Below, one piece after another: positions 9,551 through 19,546 of a DNA stretch of 64,000 nucleotides. Source of the stretch: Kiritimatiellia bacterium (lineage in GTDB: Bacteria > Verrucomicrobiota > Kiritimatiellia > UBA8416 > JAWODU01). The stretch covers positions 1,430-65,429 of the forward strand of contig JAWODU010000085.1 in assembly GCA_046483125.1 (NCBI GenBank). The letters run 5' to 3'. Position 1 is the stretch's first letter. Each line of letters begins with the position of its first letter. A model generated the notes under the pieces. The model did not search any database. It saw nothing but the letters and a program-made list of their open reading frames with translations, and was not told the DNA's origin. The translations under genes were made by a program, and so were the position numbers.

Positions 9551-9670
9551 TTAGGCAGGATCAATCCGCAGAATCAACAGGATAGTTTTCCGTCAATTAT
9601 GCGGCGACAGCCGCATGATTGGCGGCTTATGATGCATCTCAGATCCTGTAAATCCTGTCAGAAAATTCCC
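9551..9670. repeat. GACAGGAT...ATCCTGTC inverted-end mini-element with internal CAATTATGCGGC hairpin
   Basis: Ends ttaggcaggatc / gatcctgtaaatcctgtca. Homologous to 54310-54426. Right end matches the reverse complement of 56671-56699. Confidence 0.8.
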
Positions 9671-9684
9671 AGTGGAGAGAGCTA

Positions 9685-10878
9685 GTGAACCGGTTTACAG
9701 GGGAATTCAGAAAGTTCAGAGATTCAAGCTGGTCTTTGACGACAGCGGTGTTTCTGCTGGTTATTCTCGGAGTCATGTTCGTATCCAGCGCGTCCGAAGC
9801 GGCGGGCGAAAGTTACAGCGGACTCTGGCGGCGTCATCTGCTGAGGATCGCTCTGGGGATATGCTTCTACGGCTTTTTCTCCCTTTTTGATTACCGGAAT
9901 TTGAGAAAGGCGGCATGGGGACTGTATGCGCTGGCAATTGCGCTTCTGGTTCTCGTCCTTATGGTCGGCAAAGTTGTCAATAACGCGAAGAGCTGGCTCA
10001 TGATTTTCGGTTTCGGCCTTCAGCCCGCGGAAGTGGCCAAATTCGCGGTAATTGTGCTTCTTGCCGCGGTTCTGAGCCGTCCGAATTTTTCCGTGAACAG
10101 CGCGGGAGGGCTTGCGCTTACGGTATCGGCGGGGCTTCTGCCGTTTATTCTGATAGTGATACAGCCCGATATCGGCACCGCGGCGGTTTTCATACCCCTG
10201 ACGCTGGTCATGGCGTTCGCCGGAGGCGTGTCTCTGAGAGCGCTCGGTTACGGTCTCGGCATGATGTTACTGGCGGTTGTTCTGTTGCTTTCGGCCCTGT
10301 TTTTACCCCGAAAACTTGGAATGGAGGAAGAAACCTGCCGCCGAATCGCGCGGTATACTCTGCTGAGCGAATACCAGAGGGACAGAATAGTGGCCTTCTT
10401 CAGGCCGGAGCAGGATCCGCTGGGAGTGGGATGGAGCAAAATGCAGTCCAAGATAGCCGTCGGGTCCGGCGGATGGACGGGGAAAGGCTACGGCAAAGGC
10501 ACTCAGAGCGCTTTGGGTTACCTGCCCAGCACCGTGGCCCCCACGGATTTCATCTATTCCGTTATTGCCGAAGAGACGGGGTTTGCGGGGGCTTTTGCCG
10601 TACTGCTGTTGTTCGGAGCGGCGGCGGGGAAAGGCCTGTTGATAGCTGTCAACACCAGGAACAGAATGGGCCGGCTTCTGTGCGTGGGGGTAGTGACGGT
10701 GATTTTTACTCACGTGTTCATAAACACGGCCATGACGATAGGACTGATACCGATTACGGGACTGCCCCTGCCGTTAATAAGTTACGGTGGTACATTTACT
10801 GTAGTTACGATGGCTGGTCTCGGTGTGATACAGAGCGTTTGCATTTATTCGCGCAGAAGCTACGGGATGGAAAGGTGA
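9685..10878 (+). CDS. rodA: Rod shape-determining protein RodA (SEDS family)
   Basis: QPAEVAK, QPDIGTA, QSKIAVGSGGWTGKG, TDFIYSVIAEETGF, GLPLPLISYGG. Confidence 0.95.
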   Translation: MNRFTGEFRKFRDSSWSLTTAVFLLVILGVMFVSSASEAAGESYSGLWRRHLLRIALGICFYGFFSLFDYRNLRKAAWGLYALAIALLVLVLMVGKVVNNAKSWLMIFGFGLQPAEVAKFAVIVLLAAVLSRPNFSVNSAGGLALTVSAGLLPFILIVIQPDIGTAAVFIPLTLVMAFAGGVSLRALGYGLGMMLLAVVLLLSALFLPRKLGMEEETCRRIARYTLLSEYQRDRIVAFFRPEQDPLGVGWSKMQSKIAVGSGGWTGKGYGKGTQSALGYLPSTVAPTDFIYSVIAEETGFAGAFAVLLLFGAAAGKGLLIAVNTRNRMGRLLCVGVVTVIFTHVFINTAMTIGLIPITGLPLPLISYGGTFTVVTMAGLGVIQSVCIYSRRSYGMER

Positions 10879-10885
10879 GTAGCAC

Positions 10886-11348
10886 GGAGGACGGATGACG
10901 GACGACAGAGGACGGAGGGAGAGATTAAGATTGCGATTAAGATTATGAATAAGATGTGGGGAGATAAAGATAAAGATAAAGATTGGGATTAAGATGGGGA
11001 GAGGGGAGGGACACTTAGTCCATAGACTTAGTCGCAACACTTGGTCCTTTACGCTTACTCGACCCGCTTTGCCCGTAGTTGTTGAGAAGGAATCGGTCAA
11101 GTTTGGCGGTTAAGTGTAACCGTCCGCCGCGGCCGCGGCGGAAAGGGTGGCGACTAAGCGAGTCGATTAAGAGTGATAGATTAAGATTAAGATTGGGATT
11201 AAGATGGGGAGGAGAGAAGATGTTTAGACAGGATCAACAGGATGCTTGGGGCTCTGCTCCCCTTGCATCGCGTCCGGCGGCACTACAGTACCTCCGATAC
11301 GCCGCCAGCGATGCGGGCTGTTGCGTCACGCATTTCGCTTCCGCAGGA
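10886..11348. repeat. Composite repeat mosaic (heptamers, GATTAA tract, CCGCCGCGGCGG module, partial structured element copy C at 11214-11348)
   Basis: Segments match 7054-7150, 3580-3720 and the reverse complement of 4665-4803. Confidence 0.85.
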
Positions 11349-11416
11349 GACTCTCCGCATTTGGCCTTGCGGGACTGGCCCGCCGCACCTATACTGCGTG
11401 CTCAGGAAGGCGAACT

Positions 11417-11863
11417 ATGGCCAAGCACGTATTCGACATCGGCGCTGACGGAATCGACAGCGAAAAAATCATTCGCGAAATTCGCGCCGCGGTAACGGAA
11501 AAAATGCGTTCCGGGACTTATTCCGACAGCGTCCGCGAGACAATCGCCAAACGTACAAACCTTGACGAACTCAAGAACGAGGAAAACTTTCTCCTGCATT
11601 ATCTCGATTGTCTCCGCGAAGCGGTCTTTGTCGATATTAACGACTTTCAGATCCACGAACGCCGCTCCAGATTCCCCGGTCTTTTCGTTCTACTCAAGCG
11701 TGTCATCTGGAAACTGCTCAAATTCTACACTTACCGCCTCTGGTCTCAACAGAACCAGACCAACGGATTACTACTGTCCGCCATTGAAGGAGTGGAAAGC
11801 CGTTATCGGACCAGGATCGAGGAACTGGAAGAGCGCATTCGGGAACTTGAATCGCGGAAGTGA
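11417..11863 (+). CDS. Hypothetical helical/coiled-coil protein (148 aa)
   Basis: ATG at 11417 after AGGAAGG. KRVIWKLLKFY...QQN..N plus a C-terminal coiled coil, a pattern seen in glycan-locus hypotheticals. Confidence 0.7.
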   Translation: MAKHVFDIGADGIDSEKIIREIRAAVTEKMRSGTYSDSVRETIAKRTNLDELKNEENFLLHYLDCLREAVFVDINDFQIHERRSRFPGLFVLLKRVIWKLLKFYTYRLWSQQNQTNGLLLSAIEGVESRYRTRIEELEERIRELESRK

Positions 11864-11997
11864 CGCTCCTGCCGGGCATGTTTACTGTAAGATCGGGCAA
11901 GAGTCTTTCAGGAAGGTCGAGAAGGACGGAAAGAGGTTCTTATATCTGCCGAAAAATCTTTCCGAACTTCCCGATCTTCCTGTGAAATCTCCCGTAT

Positions 11998-12441
11998 CTA
12001 CTTGCTTTCTTCGGCCCTTGCAAGAGCGTTGATCTTTTCCAGGGCGCGGGATATCTCGCTTATTGACGCGCGGATGCGATTCACCTGTTGCAGGACTTCA
12101 CTGAACCTGTGTTCACCGCCGGAATGAGATTTCTCAAGTTCGCCGCGTCTTTCATTTAATTCTTCCAGCTCGCTCTGAAGCTGTTTTGCCTTGAGTTCCG
12201 AAGCGGCCAGAGAACGACGCAGATTCAGAATCCGGATTTCTTTTTCCTCTTCAGTGCTGTCTATATCGGTAAGTTCCATTCCCTCGGGTATGGGCACCTG
12301 AACGTGCCTGCCGCAGTCCGTACACGGTATGGTTAGACCCGCGCCGCGATAATCTATGGCGAGACTTTTACCGCAATGCGGGCAGTCAAACACGATGTCC
12401 GTGTCTTTAATCTCCGAGGAATCGTCCAAGGGTTCTTCCAT
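11998..12441 (-). CDS. Hypothetical Zn-ribbon plus coiled-coil protein
   Basis: FDCPHCGKSLAID...IPCTDCGRHVQVP followed by a heptad-rich helix. Directly downstream of rpmB. Confidence 0.8.
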   Translation of the reverse strand: MEEPLDDSSEIKDTDIVFDCPHCGKSLAIDYRGAGLTIPCTDCGRHVQVPIPEGMELTDIDSTEEEKEIRILNLRRSLAASELKAKQLQSELEELNERRGELEKSHSGGEHRFSEVLQQVNRIRASISEISRALEKINALARAEESK

Positions 12442-12452
12442 GACATTAGGGG

Positions 12453-12680
12453 TTACGCCTTAGTAACCTTGCCCTGCCGAATACAGGAAGCGCAAACCAG
12501 CCGTCGAACAACCCGCCCGTTTTCGACAACGCGTATCTTCTGAAGGTTAGGCTGAAACTTACGCTTGTTAACGGCCGTTGTATGCAGGCCGATACCGCCC
12601 TTTTTCTTGGCCATACCGCGGCGGATGATCCTGTTGCCCGTAGCGGACCCTTTGCCGCAAATACTGCAGATTCTTGACAT
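12453..12680 (-). CDS. rpmB: 50S ribosomal protein L28 (Zn-binding C+ form)
   Basis: MSRICSICGK...GN...KRKFQPNLQ...CASCIR. Confidence 0.96.
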   Translation of the reverse strand: MSRICSICGKGSATGNRIIRRGMAKKKGGIGLHTTAVNKRKFQPNLQKIRVVENGRVVRRLVCASCIRQGKVTKA

Positions 12681-13216
12681 TTCTTACACCTCCAACCCTT
12701 TCTGCCAACGCCCTCAACTCTCAAGCATAGTAAACCCGGCTCCTGCAAACAAGCAGGAAAACCCGGAAACGGCAATTGTAATTACGGCCTGCGCCCCCTG
12801 CCGCCTCGCGCGGCAGGACTCATCGGCCATTATGCGAATTGCCGCCTCAGAAAAGAGAAGGTTTCTCAATCCCGATTCTTGCTTATGCGAGACGCAAGCC
12901 CCGCTGAAACCCCTTTGGAGCCCGCTTCTTATGACAATGTCGGGTGAATGTCAACATTTTGCAAATTCCTTTTCACCGCCCGCCGCATCGGTGCCGGTTC
13001 TCGTTTCTGGCACATCTATTGCTCAAATTACAGACAGCCCGCAGTCGGCCCGGTACGAGAGGATGACAGTGGTTCGGCAGAGCCTACGAGGCTATTGTTG
13101 TGCAAACATCCAAAGAAACCAGGCTGACTGCAGGGCTTCTTTTTATCCGGGTTTTTGCAGCACCTGCTTTTTGCCAATTGCAATCCGGTTCCCGACAACC
13201 TAGTATACGGGCCGGT

Positions 13217-14362
13217 ATGAGAAACCGAGCGTTCACTATCTGTGCCGTTATTCTGCTTGCCGCCGGGCAGGTAGAAGCCGAAACCCGCCCCATTACTGAA
13301 ATCCATACGGCCGTAAAGGAAAGAAGTATCGCTCAGCTCTCGTTACTGCTCGCCGAGGCCACAATCAGGGAAGCAAACACCCCCAGCAAGGGCGGCTCCA
13401 CGCCTCTCCACTGGGCCGCGGTTTACAACTTTCCTCAAGCGGTTCCCATGCTCGTCGACAAAGGCGCTGAGGTCAACGTCAGGGCGGATAACGGTTCCAC
13501 GCCTCTCCACTGGGCCGCGAAAAAGAACAACATGGAAGTTCTGAAAACACTTTTACGCCACGGCGCCAGGGTGGACGCCAGGTCCAATGTCGGGTACACG
13601 CCTCTGCACTGGGCGGCCATAGGTCAAGCCCCTGACACTGCGGCCGAACTCGTGGCAAAGGGAGCTGATGTCAATGCGGAGGGCAGAAGCGGCATCACGC
13701 CGCTTCACTGGGCCGTTCGTAATGACACTCACACCATAATAGAACTACTGGTAAAAAACGACGCCGACCTTTACTCCGAAGCTCAGGACGGATCGACTCC
13801 GCTTTCCTGGGTCCGCAGTAAAGAAACCAGAGAATTACTGGAAAAGCTGATACAGGAAAAGATCCGCAGGGACGACGAAAAACCGGTACAGGTTGTCGAG
13901 CCGTTATCTCCTTCGAAGGGTGTTATCGATTTTCGCGATGGAGCGGTTTATTCTGGAGAAATACGTAACGGGGAAATGCATGGTGAGGGAACTCTTTCCT
14001 TTCCGAACGGGGAGAAATACACGGGGACATGGGTCAAAGGTAAAAAACACGGTAAGGGCATTTATACATTTCCCGGCGGAGAACGGTACCAGGGCGGCTG
14101 GAAAAGGGGACGGATTCATGGTCGCGGTGTATATACTTTTTCCAATGGAGATCAAATCAAGGGCCGCTGGGAAGACGGCATTCTGGCCGAAGGCACGGGA
14201 ACATACCGTTTCGCCGACGGCGCGTCGTACAACGGGGAATGGGAAAACGACAAAATGTGGGGAACCGGTACCTATACCACCGACAAAGACAAAGCCTTTG
14301 AAGGCTACTGGGTCGCCAACAGGTATGCCGGAACAAAACCGCCCCCCTCCGAATCCGAATGA
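13217..14362 (+). CDS. Secreted ankyrin-repeat plus MORN-repeat protein
   Basis: Signal peptide MRNRAFTICAVILLAAGQVEA, five TPLHWAA-type ankyrin repeats and about six YxGxWxxGxxHGxG MORN repeats. Confidence 0.9.
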   Translation: MRNRAFTICAVILLAAGQVEAETRPITEIHTAVKERSIAQLSLLLAEATIREANTPSKGGSTPLHWAAVYNFPQAVPMLVDKGAEVNVRADNGSTPLHWAAKKNNMEVLKTLLRHGARVDARSNVGYTPLHWAAIGQAPDTAAELVAKGADVNAEGRSGITPLHWAVRNDTHTIIELLVKNDADLYSEAQDGSTPLSWVRSKETRELLEKLIQEKIRRDDEKPVQVVEPLSPSKGVIDFRDGAVYSGEIRNGEMHGEGTLSFPNGEKYTGTWVKGKKHGKGIYTFPGGERYQGGWKRGRIHGRGVYTFSNGDQIKGRWEDGILAEGTGTYRFADGASYNGEWENDKMWGTGTYTTDKDKAFEGYWVANRYAGTKPPPSESE

Positions 14363-14414
14363 CCCGCCGCCCGCGATGCGGGCTGGGAGCAACCACGGAT
14401 TTCAGGCATGTTCG

Positions 14415-14534
14415 CCGATCGGGGGATCGGCTCCTACAAAAGCCCTGCGGGTGAGACACCCGCTACTACAACGCCCGGAAGGTGTAATAACTCGTGTCCT
14501 CACGCGTGCATGTAGGAGGCGAACCATGTTCGCC
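14415..14534. repeat. Cluster of three GTAG-type REP-like palindromes
   Basis: Minus strand GTAG-GAG-CCGATC-CCCC-GATCGG (14415-14437). Minus strand GTAG-TA-GCGGGTG-TCT-CACCCGC (14447-14469). Plus strand GTAG-GA-GGCGAA-CCATG-TTCGCC (14512-14534). Confidence 0.7.
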
Positions 14535-14553
14535 GAAGGTCGGAACTGAGGGC

Positions 14554-14680
14554 AGATAACGGATGACGGACGACAGAAGACAGACTACGGACTACGGACT
14601 ACGGACTACTAAGGGAGAGATTATGATTAAGATGTGGGGAGATAAAGATAAAGATTAAGATTGGGATTAAGATGTGAGGC
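14554..14680. repeat. (RGAYNAC)x8 heptamers plus GATTAA/GATAAA tract
   Basis: agataac ggatgac ggacgac agaagac agactac ggactac x3, then agggagagattatgattaagatgtggggagataaagataaag, as at 10914-11000. Confidence 0.85.
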
Positions 14681-15048
14681 GAGAAGGCTTTTAGACAGGA
14701 TCTACAGGATCCTAAGAGCACTGCCCACACTGTCTCTACTGCTTTGCTCTTCTTGCATCGCGGATAAGCGGCGCTACAAAACCTCCAGTACGCCGCCCGC
14801 GATGCGGCAAACCGCGTGATGAATTCCGCTTCCGTAGGATTCGCAAATCGGATCGCAAGCTTGCCGCTTCTACAAGGCCCCGCGGGCTGAGCTGTATTCG
14901 TATACGCGAAGCCCGCGGAAACGAAGCAGAAGCGGTGAGATCGCGGTTCGATTTGCGAACGAAATGCGTGACGCAGGGTGGAGGGCAAGAACAGAGCCCA
15001 AAGACGCCGAACCCCTCCCCCACACGCCGGCCTGCGTGGCGCGGGGGG
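14681..15048. repeat. ~360-nt structured repeat element, copy B (inverted relative to copy A)
   Basis: Long near-identical blocks with the reverse complement of 4444-4803, e.g. ggaaacgaagcagaagcggtgagatcgcggttcgatttgcgaacgaaatgcgtgacgcaggg. Confidence 0.88.
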
Positions 15049-15102
15049 AGGACACACTCCCCTTGACACGAACCTCATTCTCCCACACATTTCTCTGCAT
15101 CC

Positions 15103-17610
15103 ATGAAAGACGAGTACCCATACGCCGAAATCGAAAAAAAATGGCAGGATTACTGGCGCGAGCAGGGCACTTTCAAAACCGACATCTCGCAATTTCAGAA
15201 CAAGTACTACTGCCTCACCATGTTCCCCTACCCCTCGGGGACCATGCACGTCGGCCACGGACGTAACTACATCATCGCCGACGCGCTTGCCCGCTACAAG
15301 AAGATGAAGGGGCTGAACGTCCTTGCGCCGATGGGCTGGGACTCGTTCGGGCTTCCAGCGGAAAACGCAGCCAAGGACAAGGGAGTGCATCCCCGGGAAT
15401 CCACAAAGGCCAATATCGCCCGGATGAAGCAACAGCTTAACGAATGGGGTGTCGGCTACGACTGGGATCGCGAAATATCAACGTCGCATCCGGAATACTA
15501 CAAATGGACACAGTGGATATTCCTCAAACTGTACGAGCGGGGTCTGGCTTACCAGAAAACCGCGCCCGTGAACTGGTGCGATTTCTGCACAACCCTGGCA
15601 AACGAAGAGGTTCTGCCTGACGGCACCTGCGAACGCTGCGGCAGGGGAGTGCGGAAACGCGACCTGAAGCAGTGGTTTTTTAAAATCACCGAATACGCTC
15701 AGCGCCTGCTGGACGATCTGGACCTCCTGGACCGATGGCCGGAAAAGGTGCGCCACATGCAGACCAACTGGATAGGCCGGTCTGAAGGATGCAGGGTCGA
15801 TTTCAGGATCACTGAAACCGGCGATTCCTGCCCGATTTTCACAACCCGTCCCGACACCATCTACGGTGTGACTTTCATGGCTATAGCTCCGGAGCACCCT
15901 CTCGTCGCCGGACTCATGGCCGGACATGAACGTGAAAAAGAAGTTATGGAATTCGTAAACCGCCAGCTCGTGATTTCTTCAGCCGTGCGGTCCGACGAAG
16001 CCACGGAGAAGGAAGGCGTGTTCACGGGTTATCACGTTACTAATCCTTACAACGGTGAAACCTCCGAGCTCTGGGTAACGAACTATGTCCTTATGGAATA
16101 CGGAACCGGCATTGTTATGGCGGTTCCCGCCCATGATCAGCGGGATTTTGAATTCGCGAAAAAATATTCCCTGCCGGTCAAAGTCGTGATCCAGAACCCG
16201 GACCGGAATCCGGACGTTTCGGCAATGACCGAAGCTTACGCGGACGACGGCATTCTGGTTGAATCGGGTCCTTTCACGGATCTCAACAACCGCGAAGCAG
16301 TAAGGAAGATGACGGAATATGCCTCTGAAAAGGGATTCGGCGGATTTGAAGTCACTTACCGGATCCGTGACTGGCTTATCAGCCGCCAGAGATACTGGGG
16401 CGCCCCGATCCCCGTGGTGCATTGCAAAAAGTGCGGCACGGTCCCGGTTCCGGAAAAAGATCTGCCAGTACTGCTTCCGGAAGACGTTGATTTCACCGTG
16501 ACAAAGGGCAATCCCCTGGCCTGTCGCGAAAATTTCGTGAACACCGCCTGCCCCGAATGCGGGGGGGCGGCCAGGCGTGAGACCGACACCATAGCGCAAT
16601 GGCTTTGTTCATGCTGGTATTTCATGCGTTACGTCAATCCCAGGCTTAAGGACCGGCCTTTCAATAAAGAAGACGTGGACCGCTGGCTCCCCGTGGACCA
16701 GTACATCGGAGGAGTCGAGCACGCCGTCCTGCACCTCCTGTACTCCCGCTTCATAGTCAAGGTCCTTTACGACGCGGGATACTGCTCTTTCAGCGAACCC
16801 TTCGCCGCCCTGTTCACCCAGGGGATGATCTGCAAAAAAAATGACAAAGACGGCAAGCTGTACAAAATGTCCAAATCCAAAGGCAACGTGGTCAGCCCCG
16901 ATGAACTCGTGAAGAATTACGGGGCCGATACCCTGCGGCTGTACACGCTGTTTATAGGGCCGCCGGAAAAAGACGCGGAATGGAACGATCAGGCTATAGA
17001 AGGCGCGTCGCGTTTCCTACGCCGCGTCTGGCGCCGGGTCCGGCAGAATGTCGAAAGTATCCGCGCCGCAAAAGGCGGGGAAAGCCGTCTTCAGGACATG
17101 CGGGAACCGGAACGCGAACTGTATCGTAAAATCAACGAAACGGTAGAACGGGTAACCAGAGATATGGAAGGCGCGTTCCACTTCAATTCGGCCATAGCCC
17201 GCGTGATGGAACTCGCTAATGCCGTGGACGATTCCGGTATTGACCCAAAAGGGGAAGGACAGGCCGCGGCGGTATATCGCAAAGCCGTCGAAACGCTGTT
17301 GCTCCTTCTTTCACCCTTCACTCCACACCTTGCCGAGGAGCTTTGGGAACAGATCGGGTTCCAGCCTGCTATTCTCGATGCCCGGTGGCCCTCGGTCGAC
17401 ACCGACGGCCTCCGGAGCGAAGAGGTTGAGATTGTTCTCCAGGTAAACGGCAAAGTCCGGGGCAGGATCACGGTTCCGGCCGGGTCCGACCGCAAGGTCC
17501 TGCAGGAAAAGGCCCTGAATAACGAAGGGGTAAGCAGGCATCTTCAGGGCAAAACGGTACGCAAGGTGGTAGTGGTACCCGATAAAATCGTCAACATCGC
17601 GGCAAGCTGA
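15103..17610 (+). CDS. leuS: Leucine--tRNA ligase
   Basis: MFPYPSG, HVGH (HIGH-like), [34 protein letters not shown]. Confidence 0.98.
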   Translation: MKDEYPYAEIEKKWQDYWREQGTFKTDISQFQNKYYCLTMFPYPSGTMHVGHGRNYIIADALARYKKMKGLNVLAPMGWDSFGLPAENAAKDKGVHPRESTKANIARMKQQLNEWGVGYDWDREISTSHPEYYKWTQWIFLKLYERGLAYQKTAPVNWCDFCTTLANEEVLPDGTCERCGRGVRKRDLKQWFFKITEYAQRLLDDLDLLDRWPEKVRHMQTNWIGRSEGCRVDFRITETGDSCPIFTTRPDTIYGVTFMAIAPEHPLVAGLMAGHEREKEVMEFVNRQLVISSAVRSDEATEKEGVFTGYHVTNPYNGETSELWVTNYVLMEYGTGIVMAVPAHDQRDFEFAKKYSLPVKVVIQNPDRNPDVSAMTEAYADDGILVESGPFTDLNNREAVRKMTEYASEKGFGGFEVTYRIRDWLISRQRYWGAPIPVVHCKKCGTVPVPEKDLPVLLPEDVDFTVTKGNPLACRENFVNTACPECGGAARRETDTIAQWLCSCWYFMRYVNPRLKDRPFNKEDVDRWLPVDQYIGGVEHAVLHLLYSRFIVKVLYDAGYCSFSEPFAALFTQGMICKKNDKDGKLYKMSKSKGNVVSPDELVKNYGADTLRLYTLFIGPPEKDAEWNDQAIEGASRFLRRVWRRVRQNVESIRAAKGGESRLQDMREPERELYRKINETVERVTRDMEGAFHFNSAIARVMELANAVDDSGIDPKGEGQAAAVYRKAVETLLLLLSPFTPHLAEELWEQIGFQPAILDARWPSVDTDGLRSEEVEIVLQVNGKVRGRITVPAGSDRKVLQEKALNNEGVSRHLQGKTVRKVVVVPDKIVNIAAS

Positions 17611-17618
17611 CCGCACTC

Positions 17619-17759
17619 ATGCGCGATATTCTGAAACAACTCGTCGCATCCTGGTTCAAGCTCACCCCCGACGAGCAGAAAGCGGTATGCGTAATAGCGG
17701 CAATCTTCCTGCTCGGAGTCATCGTCCGCTTCTGGGACGTGGTATTCGTCAGAACGTGA
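17619..17759 (+). CDS. Small single-TM protein (46 aa), absent from the ORF track
   Basis: MRDILKQLVASWFKLTPDEQKAVCVIAAIFLLGVIVRFWDVVFVRT*, starting 8 nt after the leuS stop. Confidence 0.6.
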   Translation: MRDILKQLVASWFKLTPDEQKAVCVIAAIFLLGVIVRFWDVVFVRT

Positions 17760-18420
17760 CAGAAAAACCGAACGCAATGACAGGATAAAACTTGAACCAC
17801 GAGAAATCGTCTTCCAGGTCCTGCGCTTCCTGGTCGAGATCGGCGTTAAGTTCCTCCTGCACCTGGGGATCGCTGGCGGTCGCCTCAATAGAGACTTTCG
17901 GAGGACCCTGATACAACGCGCCGAAATCAAGAGAAAAGTGTATGCGGCTGTTCCTGTCCGCGGCGTTTCCCACCCCTATACCCAGGTAAGGCGCAAAACT
18001 GTCAAAAGTCACGGCCCCGTCAACGCGCTCCACGGTATAAGCGGCGTCTCCGATATCAACCGTCGCGCCCGGCCTCGCCGTTAAAGTGATCTCATTGTCA
18101 TTCACCATACCTCCCGCCGTAAAACGGAAACCACTGGCCCCGGGGTGCCAGTCAAGCAGCGCCGCGATCGTCTTGAGGTTAAGTTCCGCTTCAAGTTCCG
18201 CGACTTCTTCGCCTTCCTCTTCTTCGGTGTCTTCTATTTTGTAACTGAAAGTATTATAGCCCAACCGGCCGTTCACGGTCGGAAGGACCCCTACGGTCAG
18301 GTCGGCCCCGTACCCGAGTGTGCCTATCTTGGGGCTTATGCCTACGCCCGCGTGGACTGCCGGCGTCATGCCGGCCGCAATCAAAACGACAACCGTCAGC
18401 AAACCGGTTCCGCGCATCAT
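17749..18420 (-). CDS. Outer-membrane beta-barrel protein
   Basis: Signal peptide (AVHA), GTLGYGAD, APYLGIG, C-terminal YPVIAFGFSVTF ending in Phe. Confidence 0.8.
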   Translation of the reverse strand: MMRGTGLLTVVVLIAAGMTPAVHAGVGISPKIGTLGYGADLTVGVLPTVNGRLGYNTFSYKIEDTEEEEGEEVAELEAELNLKTIAALLDWHPGASGFRFTAGGMVNDNEITLTARPGATVDIGDAAYTVERVDGAVTFDSFAPYLGIGVGNAADRNSRIHFSLDFGALYQGPPKVSIEATASDPQVQEELNADLDQEAQDLEDDFSWFKFYPVIAFGFSVTF

Positions 18421-18544
18421 GATTTCGCCTCCTTGTTTGAGTATTTGCCTTGAATCCCGCCGAGAATTTTTTCTTTCCTTTGAAATACCGCTGAGTTTAG
18501 TATACCCGTCCGTATTTACAATACAAAAATAGCGTGGATCACAT

Positions 18545-18964
18545 ATGAATAAAGACTGTATTTTCTGCAAAATCGTCCAGGGCGCCGTTCCAGCTTCAAA
18601 AGTATACGAGGACGAAAACACCGTCGCCTTCATGGATGTTCAGCCCGTTGTGAAAGGACACGTGCTGGTCGTACCCAGAGAACACTGCGATCCAATAACC
18701 GAGACGCCGCCGGAAGTCCTTTCAAAACTCATTGCAGTTGTCCGTAAAGTAGCCCGTTCGCTTACGGAGGGACTGGGCGCCGACGGCATAAACGTGAGCC
18801 AGGCCAACGGCAAAGTGGCCGGGCAGGTTGTGCCGCATATACACTTTCATGTCATACCCCGGTTCTCAAACGACGGGCATTCCTGGAACTGGGACCCGAA
18901 GGAGTACGACTCCACCGAGGAAATGGACTCGTACGCGGACAAAATCAGAAAAGCCCTGCAATAG
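18545..18964 (+). CDS. HIT family hydrolase
   Basis: DCIFCKIV, GHVLVVP, HIHFHVIPR. Confidence 0.95.
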   Translation: MNKDCIFCKIVQGAVPASKVYEDENTVAFMDVQPVVKGHVLVVPREHCDPITETPPEVLSKLIAVVRKVARSLTEGLGADGINVSQANGKVAGQVVPHIHFHVIPRFSNDGHSWNWDPKEYDSTEEMDSYADKIRKALQ

Positions 18965-18968
18965 ACCA

Positions 18969-19025
18969 GGAGACTTTTTGACAGGATCAACCCGCCCCGG
19001 CGGATTAATCCCGTCAAATAGTCCC
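18969..19025. repeat. Compact GACAGGAT-type inverted repeat enclosing a CCGCC-NN-GGCGG palindrome
   Basis: ggagactttttgacaggatcaa-cccgccccggcgg-attaatcccgtcaaatagtccc. Confidence 0.7.
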
Positions 19026-19066
19026 GGGGTAAAAAGGGCAAACGAAAAGAACTGAGGAGTGTTCAA

Positions 19067-19546
19067 GTGCAGGAAAATGATTTTGAACAGGCTGTAAAGC
19101 GTCTTTCCGGACGTGACCCCCGGTACAAGGGCCCGGCGTATTTTTTCGTTAAAGACGCCCTGGCCTATACGGCTAAAGCGCTTGAAAAACCCGTTGAAGA
19201 AGTTCCGGAAAGGCACGTCAGCGCCGCCGAACTGCTGGAGGGGATTAAATCCTACACGCTTCAGGAATTCGGTCCGATAAGCATGAGAATACTGAATTCA
19301 TGGGGCATCTCCCGCACGGAAGATTTCGGCGAAATAGTCTACAATCTCATTAAAGCCGGCTGGCTGAAGCGGTCCGATAAAGACAGCAAAGAAGATTTCG
19401 CGGAAGGTTATGATTTCTATTCCGCTTTCGCCAAACCTTTCAAACCGGCTCACGGACCGGACGACGGAACCGCCGGGTCCCGGCCCCGCGCCGATCCGGC
19501 GCGCAGCCGGGGAAAACGCAATAAGCCGGGAGACCAGCATCGATGA
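19067..19546 (+). CDS. Minf_1886-family protein (PVC-associated hypothetical)
   Basis: RDPRY...AYFFV..AL, HVSAAELLEG, FGP....L..WGI..TEDFGEIVYNLI. Confidence 0.85.
   Translation: MQENDFEQAVKRLSGRDPRYKGPAYFFVKDALAYTAKALEKPVEEVPERHVSAAELLEGIKSYTLQEFGPISMRILNSWGISRTEDFGEIVYNLIKAGWLKRSDKDSKEDFAEGYDFYSAFAKPFKPAHGPDDGTAGSRPRADPARSRGKRNKPGDQHR

Noticed and set aside
4923-9564. Long antisense ORFs (4923-6062, 7513-9564; likewise 23957-26317, 30809-32248, 55184-56470)
   Set aside because: They are shadow frames opposite well-supported genes in GC-rich DNA, with no recognisable motifs.
12565-13216. ORFs 12565-13203 (+) and the 13100 extension of the ANK gene
   Set aside because: Composition is atypical. 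The signal peptide beginning at ATG 13217 gives a better start.
7054-15048. Possible CRISPR arrays among the periodic repeats
   Set aside because: There is no constant 23-47 bp repeat with unique spacers and no cas genes. The units are 6-12 nt and directly tandem.
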